DNA of 64,000 bases from contig NJBN01000007.1 in assembly GCA_005223185.1 (NCBI GenBank), positions 1-64,000 on the forward strand, written 5' to 3'. Numbering within the stretch: the stretch's first letter is position 1; every line of letters begins with the position of its first letter. The position numbers and the translations under genes are program-made. This document shows, in pieces, positions 47,735 through 57,697 of this stretch. This DNA is from a candidate division LCP-89 bacterium B3_LCP (GTDB taxonomy: Bacteria; Electryoneota; B3-LCP). Under the pieces are notes generated by a model. That model saw nothing but the letters and a program-made list of their open reading frames with translations, searched no databases and was not told where the DNA came from.

Positions 47735-49561
47735 TTGAAACACGCAACCGGACACACCAGGTATTCTCACGGAAGAAGATCAACCGCATCTGCGGATAGT
47801 GAACCCCATGACAACTGGACAATTCGGGACACTATCCGCAGACTTATTCCCTATATGAAGCCCTACCGGAAAGGATATTCGGTAGGGTTTCTCTGTATCG
47901 TCTTCACCAATCTCTTTGCAGTGATCACACCTCTGGTGCTGAAGTTCGGAATCGAAGACTTGCAGCAGGGCGTAACCGCCTCCAAGATTGCCTATTATTC
48001 AGGTATCATAGTAATTATCGCTCTTTTTGCGGGAATATTTCGTTATTTCATGCGCCGCGTAATCGTTTCCGTTTCCCGCAGAATTGAGTTCGACATGCGC
48101 ATCCGCTACTTTGCCCACCTGCAGGTACTATCACCGTCCTTTTACAATCGCCAGCAGACTGGCGACTTGATGACACGCGCTACCTCTGACATAGAAGCTG
48201 TTCGCATGGTGTTCGGTCCCGCCGTCATGTATTCGGTCGATACCTTGCTGACTGCGGCATTTGCCTTGAGCGTGATGTTTGCGCTGTCCGTCCCGCTTAC
48301 TTTAACGGTACTGACGCTAGCACCCATTTTGTCCACTCTAATATACTTTTTAGCCAAGAATATTCTTCGGTTTTCCCTGCAAGTCCAGGAACGTTACAGC
48401 GATTTAAATGCCATGATTCAAGAGCATTTATCCGGCGTCAGAGTAGTACGCAGCTACTGCCAGGAAGACCCGGAGAAGGAGCTTTTTCACAGCTTGAATA
48501 ACAAGTATTTCAAAGCTAACATGAAACTGGTCAAGATTCAGGCTATGCTGTTCCCGTTGTTCTATTCTATTTTCGGAGTGGGTATGGCTCTGATTTTATA
48601 CATGGGCGGGCGTGCCATCATATCTGGAACGATATCATTAGGCGATTTTGTGGCTTACAGCGCCTACGTATCCATGTTAGCCTGGCCCGTGATGGCTATC
48701 GGATGGATACTGAATATGATTCAACGCGGGTCAGCTTCCATGCGTAGAATCGTTCGTATTATGGATATAAAGCCGGAAATATCTGATCAGGTTGCAGGTG
48801 GACAATTGCGGGATATTATTGGCAATATACGCTTTGAAAACGTCACTTTTTCCTATCCCGACACCGATACTGACGTGCTTGAGAAAATAGACCTGGATAT
48901 ACCAGCAGGATCTTCTCTGGGCATTGTTGGCTATGTGGGTTCAGGTAAAACAACTCTGCTGTCTTTGATACCACGGCTCTATGAAGTATCATCGGGCAAA
49001 ATCTTGATAGATGACGTTCCGGTAGAAGAGATCCCGCTGGACGTTCTGAGAAAAGAGCTCGCCATAGTTCCTCAGGACAGCTTCCTGTTCAGTGATAAAC
49101 TGGAAAGGAACGTTCTCTTCGCTGATAGAGAGTATGAAGAAGGCGATCTGCTGAAATATGCATCAGCTTCCGGTATCGATGAAGACGTGAAGGAATTTCC
49201 CGACGGTTACGACGTCTGGGTGGGTGAAAGAGGCATCACGCTCTCCGGAGGTCAGAAACAGCGCACCAGTCTAGCGCGAGCATTGTCAGCTGAACCGAAA
49301 ATACTCCTGTTAGATGACTGTTTTTCAGCGGTTGACACCAGCACGGAAGCTGACGTCATCAACAACATCTCAAGCCTCCTGAAGGGCAAGACGATCCTTA
49401 TCGTCGCTCACCGGATTTCCACCTTGCAATGGGCGGATCAAATTATCGTGCTTCATGAAGGGAAAATAACGGAAAGAGGCAACCATGATAAGTTGCTGAA
49501 GATAAAAGGTAAGTACGCTGAACTTTACCACAAGCAACTTTTAGAAGCGGAACTAAGGTGA
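47735..49561 (+). CDS. ABC transporter, fused permease/ATPase (MsbA-like exporter)
   Basis: Six-TM domain followed by an NBD with Walker A GYVGSGKTT, signature LSGGQKQR and Walker B ILLLDD. Confidence 0.9.
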   Translation: MKHATGHTRYSHGRRSTASADSEPHDNWTIRDTIRRLIPYMKPYRKGYSVGFLCIVFTNLFAVITPLVLKFGIEDLQQGVTASKIAYYSGIIVIIALFAGIFRYFMRRVIVSVSRRIEFDMRIRYFAHLQVLSPSFYNRQQTGDLMTRATSDIEAVRMVFGPAVMYSVDTLLTAAFALSVMFALSVPLTLTVLTLAPILSTLIYFLAKNILRFSLQVQERYSDLNAMIQEHLSGVRVVRSYCQEDPEKELFHSLNNKYFKANMKLVKIQAMLFPLFYSIFGVGMALILYMGGRAIISGTISLGDFVAYSAYVSMLAWPVMAIGWILNMIQRGSASMRRIVRIMDIKPEISDQVAGGQLRDIIGNIRFENVTFSYPDTDTDVLEKIDLDIPAGSSLGIVGYVGSGKTTLLSLIPRLYEVSSGKILIDDVPVEEIPLDVLRKELAIVPQDSFLFSDKLERNVLFADREYEEGDLLKYASASGIDEDVKEFPDGYDVWVGERGITLSGGQKQRTSLARALSAEPKILLLDDCFSAVDTSTEADVINNISSLLKGKTILIVAHRISTLQWADQIIVLHEGKITERGNHDKLLKIKGKYAELYHKQLLEAELR

Positions 49562-49627
49562 CTGAATAGTTGATCGAATAGGTCAATCAAAAAGGGGGCT
49601 GTCCCAAAAATCGACTAGTCATCCTGT

Positions 49628-49740
49628 CCATAGGACTCCTTCGGAGAGCTCGCTGAAAGCGAAGCGAAGAATCTCTTGTTCTTCTGTGAATCCCGTAGTC
49701 GGGGTCGCCTGCGACCATGGTGTCCCTGACCCCGACGAGA
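49628..49740. repeat. Composite repeat: D module (reverse) plus F element with left inverted repeat
   Basis: ccataggactccttcgg; gcgaagcgaagaatctc; core ccgtagtcggggtcgcctgcgaccatggtgtccctgaccccgac. Confidence 0.7.
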
Positions 49741-49753
49741 TACATTCCAGTAC

Positions 49754-49786
49754 AAAAAAAAGCACCCTTCTCTGGGCGCTTTTTTT
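49754..49786. terminator. Bidirectional Rho-independent terminator
   Basis: aaaaaaaa-gcaccc-ttctct-gggcgc-ttttttt sits between the convergent ABC exporter and tonB. Confidence 0.7.
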
Positions 49787-49804
49787 ATAAAAGTATCTTT
49801 ATCC

Positions 49805-50461
49805 TTAGTAATTCTTCACTTCAAATCGGATTACCTGCTGCATAGGGACTTTCACGAAACGGTCGCGCTGGCGCCCCGGCTTAAATTTCATGGCTGATAT
49901 GGCTTTAGTACCTGCTTCACCGAAGCCTAACCCCTGCGGTCTTTCCTGAAAGACCTTGATGTTGGTCGGCTTACCAGTTTCATCGACTATGAACTGAATG
50001 ATACACACTCCACCAACACCAGCATTAGCAGCCATTTCAGGAAATAGATTATTCCTCTGGATGTAATCGTAGATAGCTTGCGAACCACCGATTAACTCCG
50101 GTTTCTGTTCCACCGCGAAGAAATCAACAATATCGCCACCTTCTGGCGGCGGTGGTGGCGGTTCATCGCCCAGGTCCCAGTCGGTGTCATCGATGGTCAT
50201 ATCATCTTCAATGTCCGCATCATCGGACTCAATGGGTATGGTCGGTCTGGCAGGAGGCGGTGGTCGCTTTATCTGGTGGGTGATGGGTATGTCTTCTACT
50301 TTGATGATTACTTCTTCGACTTTTGCCTTTTTGGCCGTAATCGCCATCTGTTTGGATGATATGAATGTCAGCGTCATCAGCAGGAGGACAACAACTAAAG
50401 ACGCCTCTATGATCTTGGGATACTGCAGACGCAGATCCACTTGCGGATATTTCTTTACCAT
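49805..50461 (-). CDS. tonB: TonB family energy transducer
   Basis: N-terminal TM anchor, Pro-rich spacer (PPPPARPTIP ... EPPPPPPEGG), C-terminal TonB domain. Confidence 0.8.
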   Translation of the reverse strand: MVKKYPQVDLRLQYPKIIEASLVVVLLLMTLTFISSKQMAITAKKAKVEEVIIKVEDIPITHQIKRPPPPARPTIPIESDDADIEDDMTIDDTDWDLGDEPPPPPPEGGDIVDFFAVEQKPELIGGSQAIYDYIQRNNLFPEMAANAGVGGVCIIQFIVDETGKPTNIKVFQERPQGLGFGEAGTKAISAMKFKPGRQRDRFVKVPMQQVIRFEVKNY

Positions 50462-50470
50462 TTCTTCGCG

Positions 50471-50875
50471 TTATTTGAAGCGAGTTGAATAGTTAATACG
50501 GAGTGCGTACGCGTCTCGTAACTGCTCCTGTATGTCGCTGACCAGCCCCATTTTCACTTCCTTATCTATCTTCAATGAGACGATCAGCCGCAGGTTAGCC
50601 GCGTATTTCTCACCGACGATCTGCGAGATGGAACTGACCGGCACGATCTTATCATCAATGGAAATACGGCTGTTCTTATCCGTCCAAACGTATGTGATGT
50701 TGCGTTTGGCTTCTACTTTTTCCGTGGATCGAGCCGCTGGAGTAAGTATGGGAAGACCGCGGAATTCCTTGAATACCGTTGTGACCATGAAGAAGATAAT
50801 CAGCATGAAGATGATATCCGGCATCGAAGCGGTCGGAATAGAAGCGTCGGCTCCTTGTTTCTTTTCGAATTTCAT
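50471..50875 (-). CDS. exbD: ExbD/TolR biopolymer transport protein
   Basis: Single N-terminal TM helix (IIFMLIIFFMVTTVF) plus a periplasmic domain. Confidence 0.85.
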   Translation of the reverse strand: MKFEKKQGADASIPTASMPDIIFMLIIFFMVTTVFKEFRGLPILTPAARSTEKVEAKRNITYVWTDKNSRISIDDKIVPVSSISQIVGEKYAANLRLIVSLKIDKEVKMGLVSDIQEQLRDAYALRINYSTRFK

Positions 50876-50881
50876 AACTGA

Positions 50882-51307
50882 TTACTTCTCCGGTTCAGCA
50901 ATGGATATCTTGGTGGCACCAGCAACCTTTACGTTATCCAGAACCTGTATATAGGTATTGTAATCTGTATCGCGAGCAGTCTGTATGGAAACAATCAATA
51001 TCGGTTTGCCATCCTTGTCATAACCCTTCTCTTCGATCTTCTGCTTAATTAGCTCCTGGATCTGGGTAACGTCAATGGGCTCATTGTCGAGTAAAATCTG
51101 ACCTGCAGCGTTTACTAACAGGTTGGCAATGTTGCCTTTCTTGATCTTCACCTGTTCTCCGCCCTTCTCCGGCAGAGTCAGGTTTATACCTTTATCCATG
51201 TCTATTGTCGTCGTCACGAGAAAGAAGATCATCAAGAGGAAAGCAATATCCGCCATCGATGAGGTGAAGATTTCGGTAGTACCTTTTTTTCTTTTTTTAA
51301 TCAGCAT
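50882..51307 (-). CDS. exbD: ExbD/TolR biopolymer transport protein (second copy)
   Basis: IAFLLMIFFLVTTTI TM helix plus a periplasmic domain. Confidence 0.85.
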   Translation of the reverse strand: MLIKKRKKGTTEIFTSSMADIAFLLMIFFLVTTTIDMDKGINLTLPEKGGEQVKIKKGNIANLLVNAAGQILLDNEPIDVTQIQELIKQKIEEKGYDKDGKPILIVSIQTARDTDYNTYIQVLDNVKVAGATKISIAEPEK

Positions 51308-51339
51308 GCTTTTTTTCGATTTGCACGGATTATTTCTAA

Positions 51340-51972
51340 TTAGCCGGCATTTGCCTGAGTGTCGCCGCGTTGCGTCTCATCAATGTAATCAACCAATTCG
51401 ACAGTAGCTTCTTCCATATCAATGACGAGCTTGTCAACACGCGAGACGAAGTAGTTGTGGAATACCTGGATAATCATCGCCACAATCAGACCGAAAAGCG
51501 TAGTCAACAAGGCTTCGGAAATGCCGCTCGCCACGATGGACGGGGATATGTCATTGGCTTTAGCGATGTCTTCGAAAGATTTGATCATCCCGGAAACTGT
51601 ACCGGTAAACCCTAACATAGGTGCAATGGCGATGACCGTGGAGAGCCAAACTAGATTTTTCTCCAGAAACGCCATTTCTATAGAACCTGAAGTCATTATC
51701 GCCTTTTCGACGTGGTCCAGACCGCGATCAAACCTCATTAGTCCAGCGTGCAATACCGAAGCTACCGGTCCACGAGTGTTGGCGCAGACCTCCAATGCAG
51801 CATCAACTCCGCCATCAGTCATGGCTTGACGAATATTGAGCACGAACTTGCGTGTATTGACAGTTGCCCTGGTCAAAGTCCACAATCTTTCCAATGTGAA
51901 CATCAGACCAAAAATAAAGAGAGCGAGAATGGGCCACATAAATGGACCACCATTTAGGAAAAGCTCAACCAT
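51340..51972 (-). CDS. exbB: ExbB/TolQ/MotA proton-channel protein
   Basis: Three-TM MotA/TolQ/ExbB topology. Confidence 0.85.
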   Translation of the reverse strand: MVELFLNGGPFMWPILALFIFGLMFTLERLWTLTRATVNTRKFVLNIRQAMTDGGVDAALEVCANTRGPVASVLHAGLMRFDRGLDHVEKAIMTSGSIEMAFLEKNLVWLSTVIAIAPMLGFTGTVSGMIKSFEDIAKANDISPSIVASGISEALLTTLFGLIVAMIIQVFHNYFVSRVDKLVIDMEEATVELVDYIDETQRGDTQANAG

Positions 51973-52104
51973 GTTATACCCTTCCTCCTTATATTTCGAC
52001 TTGTGGGAAATTTATAATTCAGACCCTAACTTAACAAATTTTCACCTTATTGTCAAATTCTTTTTTGAAGAGTTTCGTTGATCACTTCAGCGCCAAATTA
52101 GCCG

Positions 52105-53676
52105 CTAGAGCCCGGCAACTTCCCTGGCCTGGTCAAATAAATTCAAGGACGTCTGAATCTGTTTGTCATTCAGAGCGCGCACCCGATAGTAGTAAACTCG
52201 GTTATTCCAGTAGATCTGAGCCATCTCCGCTTTTAACAAGAGAGCTAAAAACTGCCGATCCCTGTTGAATCCATCTTCATCGTACTCTATTTCGTGCTCA
52301 GCACCTTTAGCAATCAAGCCCTGAAGCATCTCTTCTGTAGGTTGGTAATCTTTTAGAAAATCTTCAAAATCCCCGTTGATTTCAGGGTGCTCTGCGCAAT
52401 ATTCGTTGGCGTATTCGAAGAATATACGCTGCCTCATCAATCGCCCGCCATAAGCGCTGAAATAATCAGTTGACGCCTTCACATCCGGAGTTATTCCTCC
52501 CCCGCCATAGACATTTCTGCCCTTGGAAGTAACAAAAACTTCTTTCAGGCTATCCGGCTGTTCGTTAGGATCTTCTTCGTCATAGGCATCTGAAATGTAT
52601 TCAGCAAGTCCGTCTTCGTAAGCTCGCTGTATTAATCTACCGCTGGGAGTATAATAGCGTTCGGTAGTTATGCGCACTACCGCACCGTCGCCCAGTGGGA
52701 ACCCCTGCTGAACCAGTCCCTTTCCGAAGGTGGTCTGCCCCACTACTAAACCCCTGTCCAAATCCTGCACGGCGCCTGCCACAATTTCCGAAGCTGAAGC
52801 GCTTCCGTGACTAACCAGAACAATTAAGGGCAGATCGTAAAACGGCGCTTCTTCTGGCGCGAAGAACGATCGCTCGGAATCACTCTCCCGACCCATCGTG
52901 TAGACTAACCTCTGCTTATCACCAATAAATTCCCCTAAAACTGCTATCGCCTGCTGTAGATATCCTCCGGCGTTATTGCGCAGGTCGAACAGAAGCTGCT
53001 TCATGCCGTTTTGGTACATGTTTTCCAGCGCCTGCTTTATCTCCTCGTTGGTCGTGGAAGTAAACTGGTTTAAAAGGATATAACCAGTTTCAGCGTCCAG
53101 CATGAACGAGGTTTCCACGCTGTTGATGGGGATTTTATCGCGGGTAATTGTATAATCAAGAGTTTCTTTCATGCCGGGACGCCGCACGGTAACGTCCACC
53201 TGCGTTCCCTTGGGCCCACGTAGTTTTTCGAAGACCCCTTCGTTGGTGATTCCGAAAGTGGATACGTCATTTATCTTGATTATCTGGTCTCCTGAACGAA
53301 TGCCCAAAAGATCCGCCGGTGTACCGGGTATGGGACTAATTACCGTCAGGATGCTGTTCTGTATGTCAAAGCGGATGCCGATGCCCTCAAATTCACCGGC
53401 GAACTGCTCTGCAATCCGCTGCTGGTCTTCAGGACTGATGTAAACCGAATGAGGATCCAATGAAGCTAACATGCCGTCTATGGCGCCTTCCAATAAAACG
53501 TTCATGTCCGGCTCTTCCACGTAATGGTCGCGAATCAACTGCATGACGTAGTTGAAGCGGCTTATCTGTTCATAGACGCTCTCACCCGCCGCCCAGAGGT
53601 TCTCGGTAAACTTCATCCCGCCAATAAAGGCGATAATTATCACCAGGGAACCCATCACAAACATTTTCTTTTTCAC
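52105..53676 (-). CDS. ctpA: S41 family C-terminal processing peptidase with PDZ domain
   Basis: PDZ GIRSGDQIIKINDV and S41 catalytic region (TFGKGLVQ). Confidence 0.85.
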   Translation of the reverse strand: MKKKMFVMGSLVIIIAFIGGMKFTENLWAAGESVYEQISRFNYVMQLIRDHYVEEPDMNVLLEGAIDGMLASLDPHSVYISPEDQQRIAEQFAGEFEGIGIRFDIQNSILTVISPIPGTPADLLGIRSGDQIIKINDVSTFGITNEGVFEKLRGPKGTQVDVTVRRPGMKETLDYTITRDKIPINSVETSFMLDAETGYILLNQFTSTTNEEIKQALENMYQNGMKQLLFDLRNNAGGYLQQAIAVLGEFIGDKQRLVYTMGRESDSERSFFAPEEAPFYDLPLIVLVSHGSASASEIVAGAVQDLDRGLVVGQTTFGKGLVQQGFPLGDGAVVRITTERYYTPSGRLIQRAYEDGLAEYISDAYDEEDPNEQPDSLKEVFVTSKGRNVYGGGGITPDVKASTDYFSAYGGRLMRQRIFFEYANEYCAEHPEINGDFEDFLKDYQPTEEMLQGLIAKGAEHEIEYDEDGFNRDRQFLALLLKAEMAQIYWNNRVYYYRVRALNDKQIQTSLNLFDQAREVAGL

Positions 53677-53699
53677 TATAACACCGTAATTCGTTTGAT

Positions 53700-55004
53700 T
53701 TATGACGTCCTATTCTCGTGAATCCAGGTCAATATTTTTATTTCCCCATCAGTCAATTCCTTCTGGCGGCGCCTCATCACGGATCGAGCGGTCTCCAGAG
53801 TTGGTTTTAAGGGATACTTAGTGAGTTTTTCCGCGCCGCCCCAGTTGAATGAAGGCACGTAACGAGGCGGAAAACCGGCTCCGAATATCATGCTTCCCAC
53901 ACCCATTACAGTTCCTGTATTGAAGACAGACCCGATGGCGCTCTTGGAATGATCCCCCATCATCAAACCAACGAAAAGCTGTCCGGTATCCACTAACTTA
54001 GATCCTACCTGAACTTTGACGGGAGTATAATTGTTTTTAAGGTTGGACGTTTCCGTTCCCGACCCCAAATTGCACCAGGATCCTATATACGAATGCCCTA
54101 AAAAGCCACCGTGCTGTTTGTTGGAATAATCCTGTATTATCGAAACCGACACTTCGCCGCCCATGCGGCTCTGTTCGCCGAAGCAGCTACCCCTGATGTG
54201 CGACAGCGGTTTCACCTGAGATCCTGCACCTAAATACACGGGACCTTCTATAATTGAGTTATAACCAATGATGACTCCTTCATCCGCTACAATCGGCCCG
54301 TTTGAGGCGTCAAGCACCACGCCGGACATTATATCTGATCCATCAGCTAAATAGATGTCTTCTTCGGAAACCAGCGATGCATTCTTATGAACATTTCCGT
54401 CTAATTGCCCCAGCGAGCGCAATTCACGAGCTTCAATATCGATCTGCTCGTTCATTGCACCGATGGCCTCCCAGATGTAGGTTACCAAAACACCAATATT
54501 GGTCAGCGCTTCCGTAGTCGGGGTCGCCTGCACGCCTGGTGTCCCTGACCCAGACAGTTTCACTGCCTCTATTGAATTAAACTCATGCAGATCAAGTGCC
54601 GTTCCTGCTTCCCATCCTGAAGGTGGATTACCACAGAAAGCGATAACTCTACCGTCAGAAACTAACGCATCACCTGGCGCGAGATCGAGAACACGCTTGA
54701 AATTCACACCCGGTATCAAACAGCCGTTAATCCATAGCAGATCTATTCCTTTTTCAGGAGAAGGCTTCGCACCGGGATAATTCCCGGAAAGATACGGCCT
54801 GGTAAAATGATACTCTGCCGCCTGTGGAAAATACGCCAGTATTTTTTCCCGCAGAGTACGAATACCACAACGCAAATCCCATACCGGCCGTGTCAATGAT
54901 AGCGGCTCGGTGGTTATGGCAGCTTGATCTTCAAATAAGACGATAGCTCCAGGTGATTTCACCAAAGTTGATCCTTGAATTGTATATGATCGTGTAATTG
55001 TCAT
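53700..55004 (-). CDS. Putative sugar nucleotidyltransferase-like protein with C-terminal left-handed beta-helix (hexapeptide repeats)
   Basis: N-terminus AIVLFEDQ ... LTRPVWDLRCGIRTLREK; C-terminal hexapeptide repeats; carries an in-frame copy of the F repeat core (SGSGTPGVQATPTT); first ATG used (track ORF starts at TTG 55016). Confidence 0.7.
   Translation of the reverse strand: MTITRSYTIQGSTLVKSPGAIVLFEDQAAITTEPLSLTRPVWDLRCGIRTLREKILAYFPQAAEYHFTRPYLSGNYPGAKPSPEKGIDLLWINGCLIPGVNFKRVLDLAPGDALVSDGRVIAFCGNPPSGWEAGTALDLHEFNSIEAVKLSGSGTPGVQATPTTEALTNIGVLVTYIWEAIGAMNEQIDIEARELRSLGQLDGNVHKNASLVSEEDIYLADGSDIMSGVVLDASNGPIVADEGVIIGYNSIIEGPVYLGAGSQVKPLSHIRGSCFGEQSRMGGEVSVSIIQDYSNKQHGGFLGHSYIGSWCNLGSGTETSNLKNNYTPVKVQVGSKLVDTGQLFVGLMMGDHSKSAIGSVFNTGTVMGVGSMIFGAGFPPRYVPSFNWGGAEKLTKYPLKPTLETARSVMRRRQKELTDGEIKILTWIHENRTS
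54512..54555. repeat. F repeat core inserted in-frame within a CDS
   Basis: ccgtagtcggggtcgcctgcacgcctggtgtccctgacccagac; about 90% identical to the intergenic cores at 49693..49736 and 55054..55097. Confidence 0.65.
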
Positions 55005-55028
55005 TCTGAGCCCCAATTTATTGGGGTG

Positions 55029-55372
55029 AAGAATCTCTTTCTATCACGCGAATCCCGTAGTCGGGGTCGCCTGCGCCTATGGTGCCCCTGACCCCGATAT
55101 GAGACTCTTCGCTTCGCTCAGAGTGACACTCTCTGCATATACTCATATTGCCCTTTTTTTCAAGGGGGAGTAAGAGGGATAAGAATAATCCCCTAAAAAC
55201 CAACCACTACGAATAATATGAAAGACACCGCCCGAAAATGTCCGATGGACTCCTATGGAAAATTTCCAGGCTAATTTTATGCTGTCCCGCAAAGCGGGAC
55301 GAAAATAACTTGGAGCGTTCTACTTCAGTAGGACTGCATTGCATTAGTCCGGGAATTTATTCCCGGATGACA
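55029..55372. repeat. Composite repeat: F element with terminal inverted repeats (MITE-like) plus D, B and C modules
   Basis: gaagaatctc ... core ccgtagtcggggtcgcctgcgcctatggtgcccctgaccccgat ... gagactcttcgcttcgc; then tccgatggactcctatggaaaatttccaggct, gtcccgcaaagcgggac, tccgggaatttattcccgga. Confidence 0.7.
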
Positions 55373-55375
55373 CCC

Positions 55376-56524
55376 CTACGCCAACAACTTAGCCAACAGA
55401 CTCATTTCCTGATAGATAGCACCATCCTGACAGACTTCATCACAGCAGCCGCATTTTATGCACTTATCGTAGTCTATCCGCGGTATTTCATGATTCATTT
55501 CCATGGCTTTTTCAGGACAGTTATCTACACAAAGCTCACAAGCGGTGCATAATTTGGGTTCTGCTTTGGGTCTGATCCATACCAATCGGCTCAGGCTCTT
55601 CTGCACGAATTTCGGCAGTCTCTCAATGCGGCTGACGTCCGGCTGAACAAAGTCATCGATAGTAAAATCGGATAACTCACCTCCAATAAAAAGATTATCT
55701 TCAGCGCCATCCCAGAGTCCAGCCTCTTCCGCTGCTTGAAAGATCGGCAGGTCAGACTTATTCATGTTCATAATTCTGGCGGCAGCGTTATCTATCGCAA
55801 AGGCATCTTGCGATACCAATATGGTACCTACATGCTTTGGTTTCCCTGCTGAGGGACCGTTGCCTTCCATGCCGATAACTGCATCCATAATATTAAGATC
55901 AGGCTTAACATGCTGATAAACTGCAACGATATATCTTGAGAACGGCAACGCTGCCGGAGCTAAACTGTGAATGTGCCCCTTGCGGAATCCAGGTACCGTT
56001 CCGAACATGTTCTTCACCGCGCCGGTCATTCTGGTCAGCGTATGAGTTTTCAATTTCGGCAAATTAATGATCCCATCCGCTTCCAAAGCAATGCAGGAAA
56101 TATTAACATGGCCTGCCAAAGTTGAAAAGCTTTTAGTCCTCCCCGATTCGAATGATACCAGCTCTATTCCTAAGCGCTTTGCTGCTTCTGCCATGCCGGT
56201 TTTCTGCCAGTATTTTTCGAGACTTTTGGGTTGTCCAGCCGGACTATCCCCTAAAATCACCTTGCCGCCGCAATCTAAGACGATTTCCCCCACGGCAGTA
56301 ATAACTTCTGGATGGGTCGTTACTGCCTTTTCCGGCTCCTTGGCAGAAAGCATGTTTGGCTTCAGCAGGATTCTATCGCCTGACTTAATGAATTGCTCCG
56401 GGTGTCCCGCCAGTTCCAAAGCCTGCCGGATGGCACTGCGAACGTTTGCAGGATCATAATCCTGGCAACGAACCAGGGCAGTTCCATGCCGCGAAGTCGA
56501 AGATATATGTTCGGATACAGCCAA
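55376..56524 (-). CDS. DUF362 domain protein with C-terminal 2x[4Fe-4S] ferredoxin domain
   Basis: DUF362 N-terminal pattern (GDRILLKPNM); C-terminal CTACELCVDNCP and CIKCGCCDEVCQ. Confidence 0.8.
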   Translation of the reverse strand: MAVSEHISSTSRHGTALVRCQDYDPANVRSAIRQALELAGHPEQFIKSGDRILLKPNMLSAKEPEKAVTTHPEVITAVGEIVLDCGGKVILGDSPAGQPKSLEKYWQKTGMAEAAKRLGIELVSFESGRTKSFSTLAGHVNISCIALEADGIINLPKLKTHTLTRMTGAVKNMFGTVPGFRKGHIHSLAPAALPFSRYIVAVYQHVKPDLNIMDAVIGMEGNGPSAGKPKHVGTILVSQDAFAIDNAAARIMNMNKSDLPIFQAAEEAGLWDGAEDNLFIGGELSDFTIDDFVQPDVSRIERLPKFVQKSLSRLVWIRPKAEPKLCTACELCVDNCPEKAMEMNHEIPRIDYDKCIKCGCCDEVCQDGAIYQEMSLLAKLLA

Positions 56525-56545
56525 GTTAGAGATTATAAAGTAACG

Positions 56546-57697
56546 TCAGTTTTTCTTGATAGCAAACATTTTACCGGGTAGTTGAACCACCCAGCCTTTC
56601 ATTTCCAATCCTAAAAGGTCAGCCAGAACGGAATTAACCGGTATATCCATCTCTCTGGTCAACTGATCTATATGAATCGGATCAAACGATAGATACTTCG
56701 CAACTGCTTCTTCAGATGCGTTCAACTTAGGCAGCGGTGTAGAGACGTCCTTCCCTGCTTCACCGATGGCGGAAAGATTTATCTCCTGCAGGATATCATC
56801 TGCGCAGGTGACCAGACCGGCTCCCTCTTTTATCAACATGTGCGGTCCCACCGAACGCCTGTCTTCGACGTTTCCCGGCAGAGCGAAAACGTCCCGGTTC
56901 TGATCCAGTGCAAATTTTGCCGTAATCAAAGCCCCGGAATCCCTTCCGCCCTGAACCACTAACACAGCCTCACTTAAACCACTGATGATTCGGTTTCTTC
57001 GGGGAAAGAAGCGCGCATCCGGCTTGACGCCGGGTAGAAATTCAGAAATTAAAGCGCCGTTTGATTCGATTTTTTCTGCAAGCGATTTATTTTCAGTGGG
57101 GTATATGCGGTCAATGCCGCAACCGAACACTGCATAGGTTCTGCCGTTTGCCTGAAGTGCGCCCCCATGCGCTGAAGAATCGATTCCCCTTGCCATGCCA
57201 CTGACTACACCCACTCCACGTGCCGCTAACTGTTCCGCTATGCTATGCCCCTGAGAAATGCCGTAAGCGGTGGGAGTTCTGGTCCCCACTATGGCAATGC
57301 ACTTTTCGGCAACATCCGGTAGACTACCCCGTACGAAAAGCAGCGCTGGCGGGTCATGTATCTCCTTGAGACGATGAGGATACCGTTCATCCCAGATGGA
57401 CACCACGGAAGCGCCACAGGATTGCAGCTTCTCCAGCAGTTTTTCTCCAGTTCCATCTGGTGAAGTTTGTGAAATCGCAGCGGCCGTGTTGGTATCGACT
57501 CCAGGCACGCTGCAAATAGATTTCTCTGTGGCTTTAAAAACATCAACAGGACCGCCAAAGGCTTTCAGCAGAGCCCGAAAACGAGCTGATCCAACTCCTT
57601 CAACGCTCCATAGAGCCAAAGTTCCCGGAAGATCTTCTTCAATCGCCTTACCCGGGGAGACCCCATGACTGAAGAGTGAAGATTGATCTCTACTCAT
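56546..57697 (-). CDS. dprA: DNA processing protein A (DprA/Smf)
   Basis: IVGTRTPTAYG ... VVSGMARGIDSSAHGGAL ... RNRIISGLS Rossmann domain. Confidence 0.85.
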   Translation of the reverse strand: MSRDQSSLFSHGVSPGKAIEEDLPGTLALWSVEGVGSARFRALLKAFGGPVDVFKATEKSICSVPGVDTNTAAAISQTSPDGTGEKLLEKLQSCGASVVSIWDERYPHRLKEIHDPPALLFVRGSLPDVAEKCIAIVGTRTPTAYGISQGHSIAEQLAARGVGVVSGMARGIDSSAHGGALQANGRTYAVFGCGIDRIYPTENKSLAEKIESNGALISEFLPGVKPDARFFPRRNRIISGLSEAVLVVQGGRDSGALITAKFALDQNRDVFALPGNVEDRRSVGPHMLIKEGAGLVTCADDILQEINLSAIGEAGKDVSTPLPKLNASEEAVAKYLSFDPIHIDQLTREMDIPVNSVLADLLGLEMKGWVVQLPGKMFAIKKN

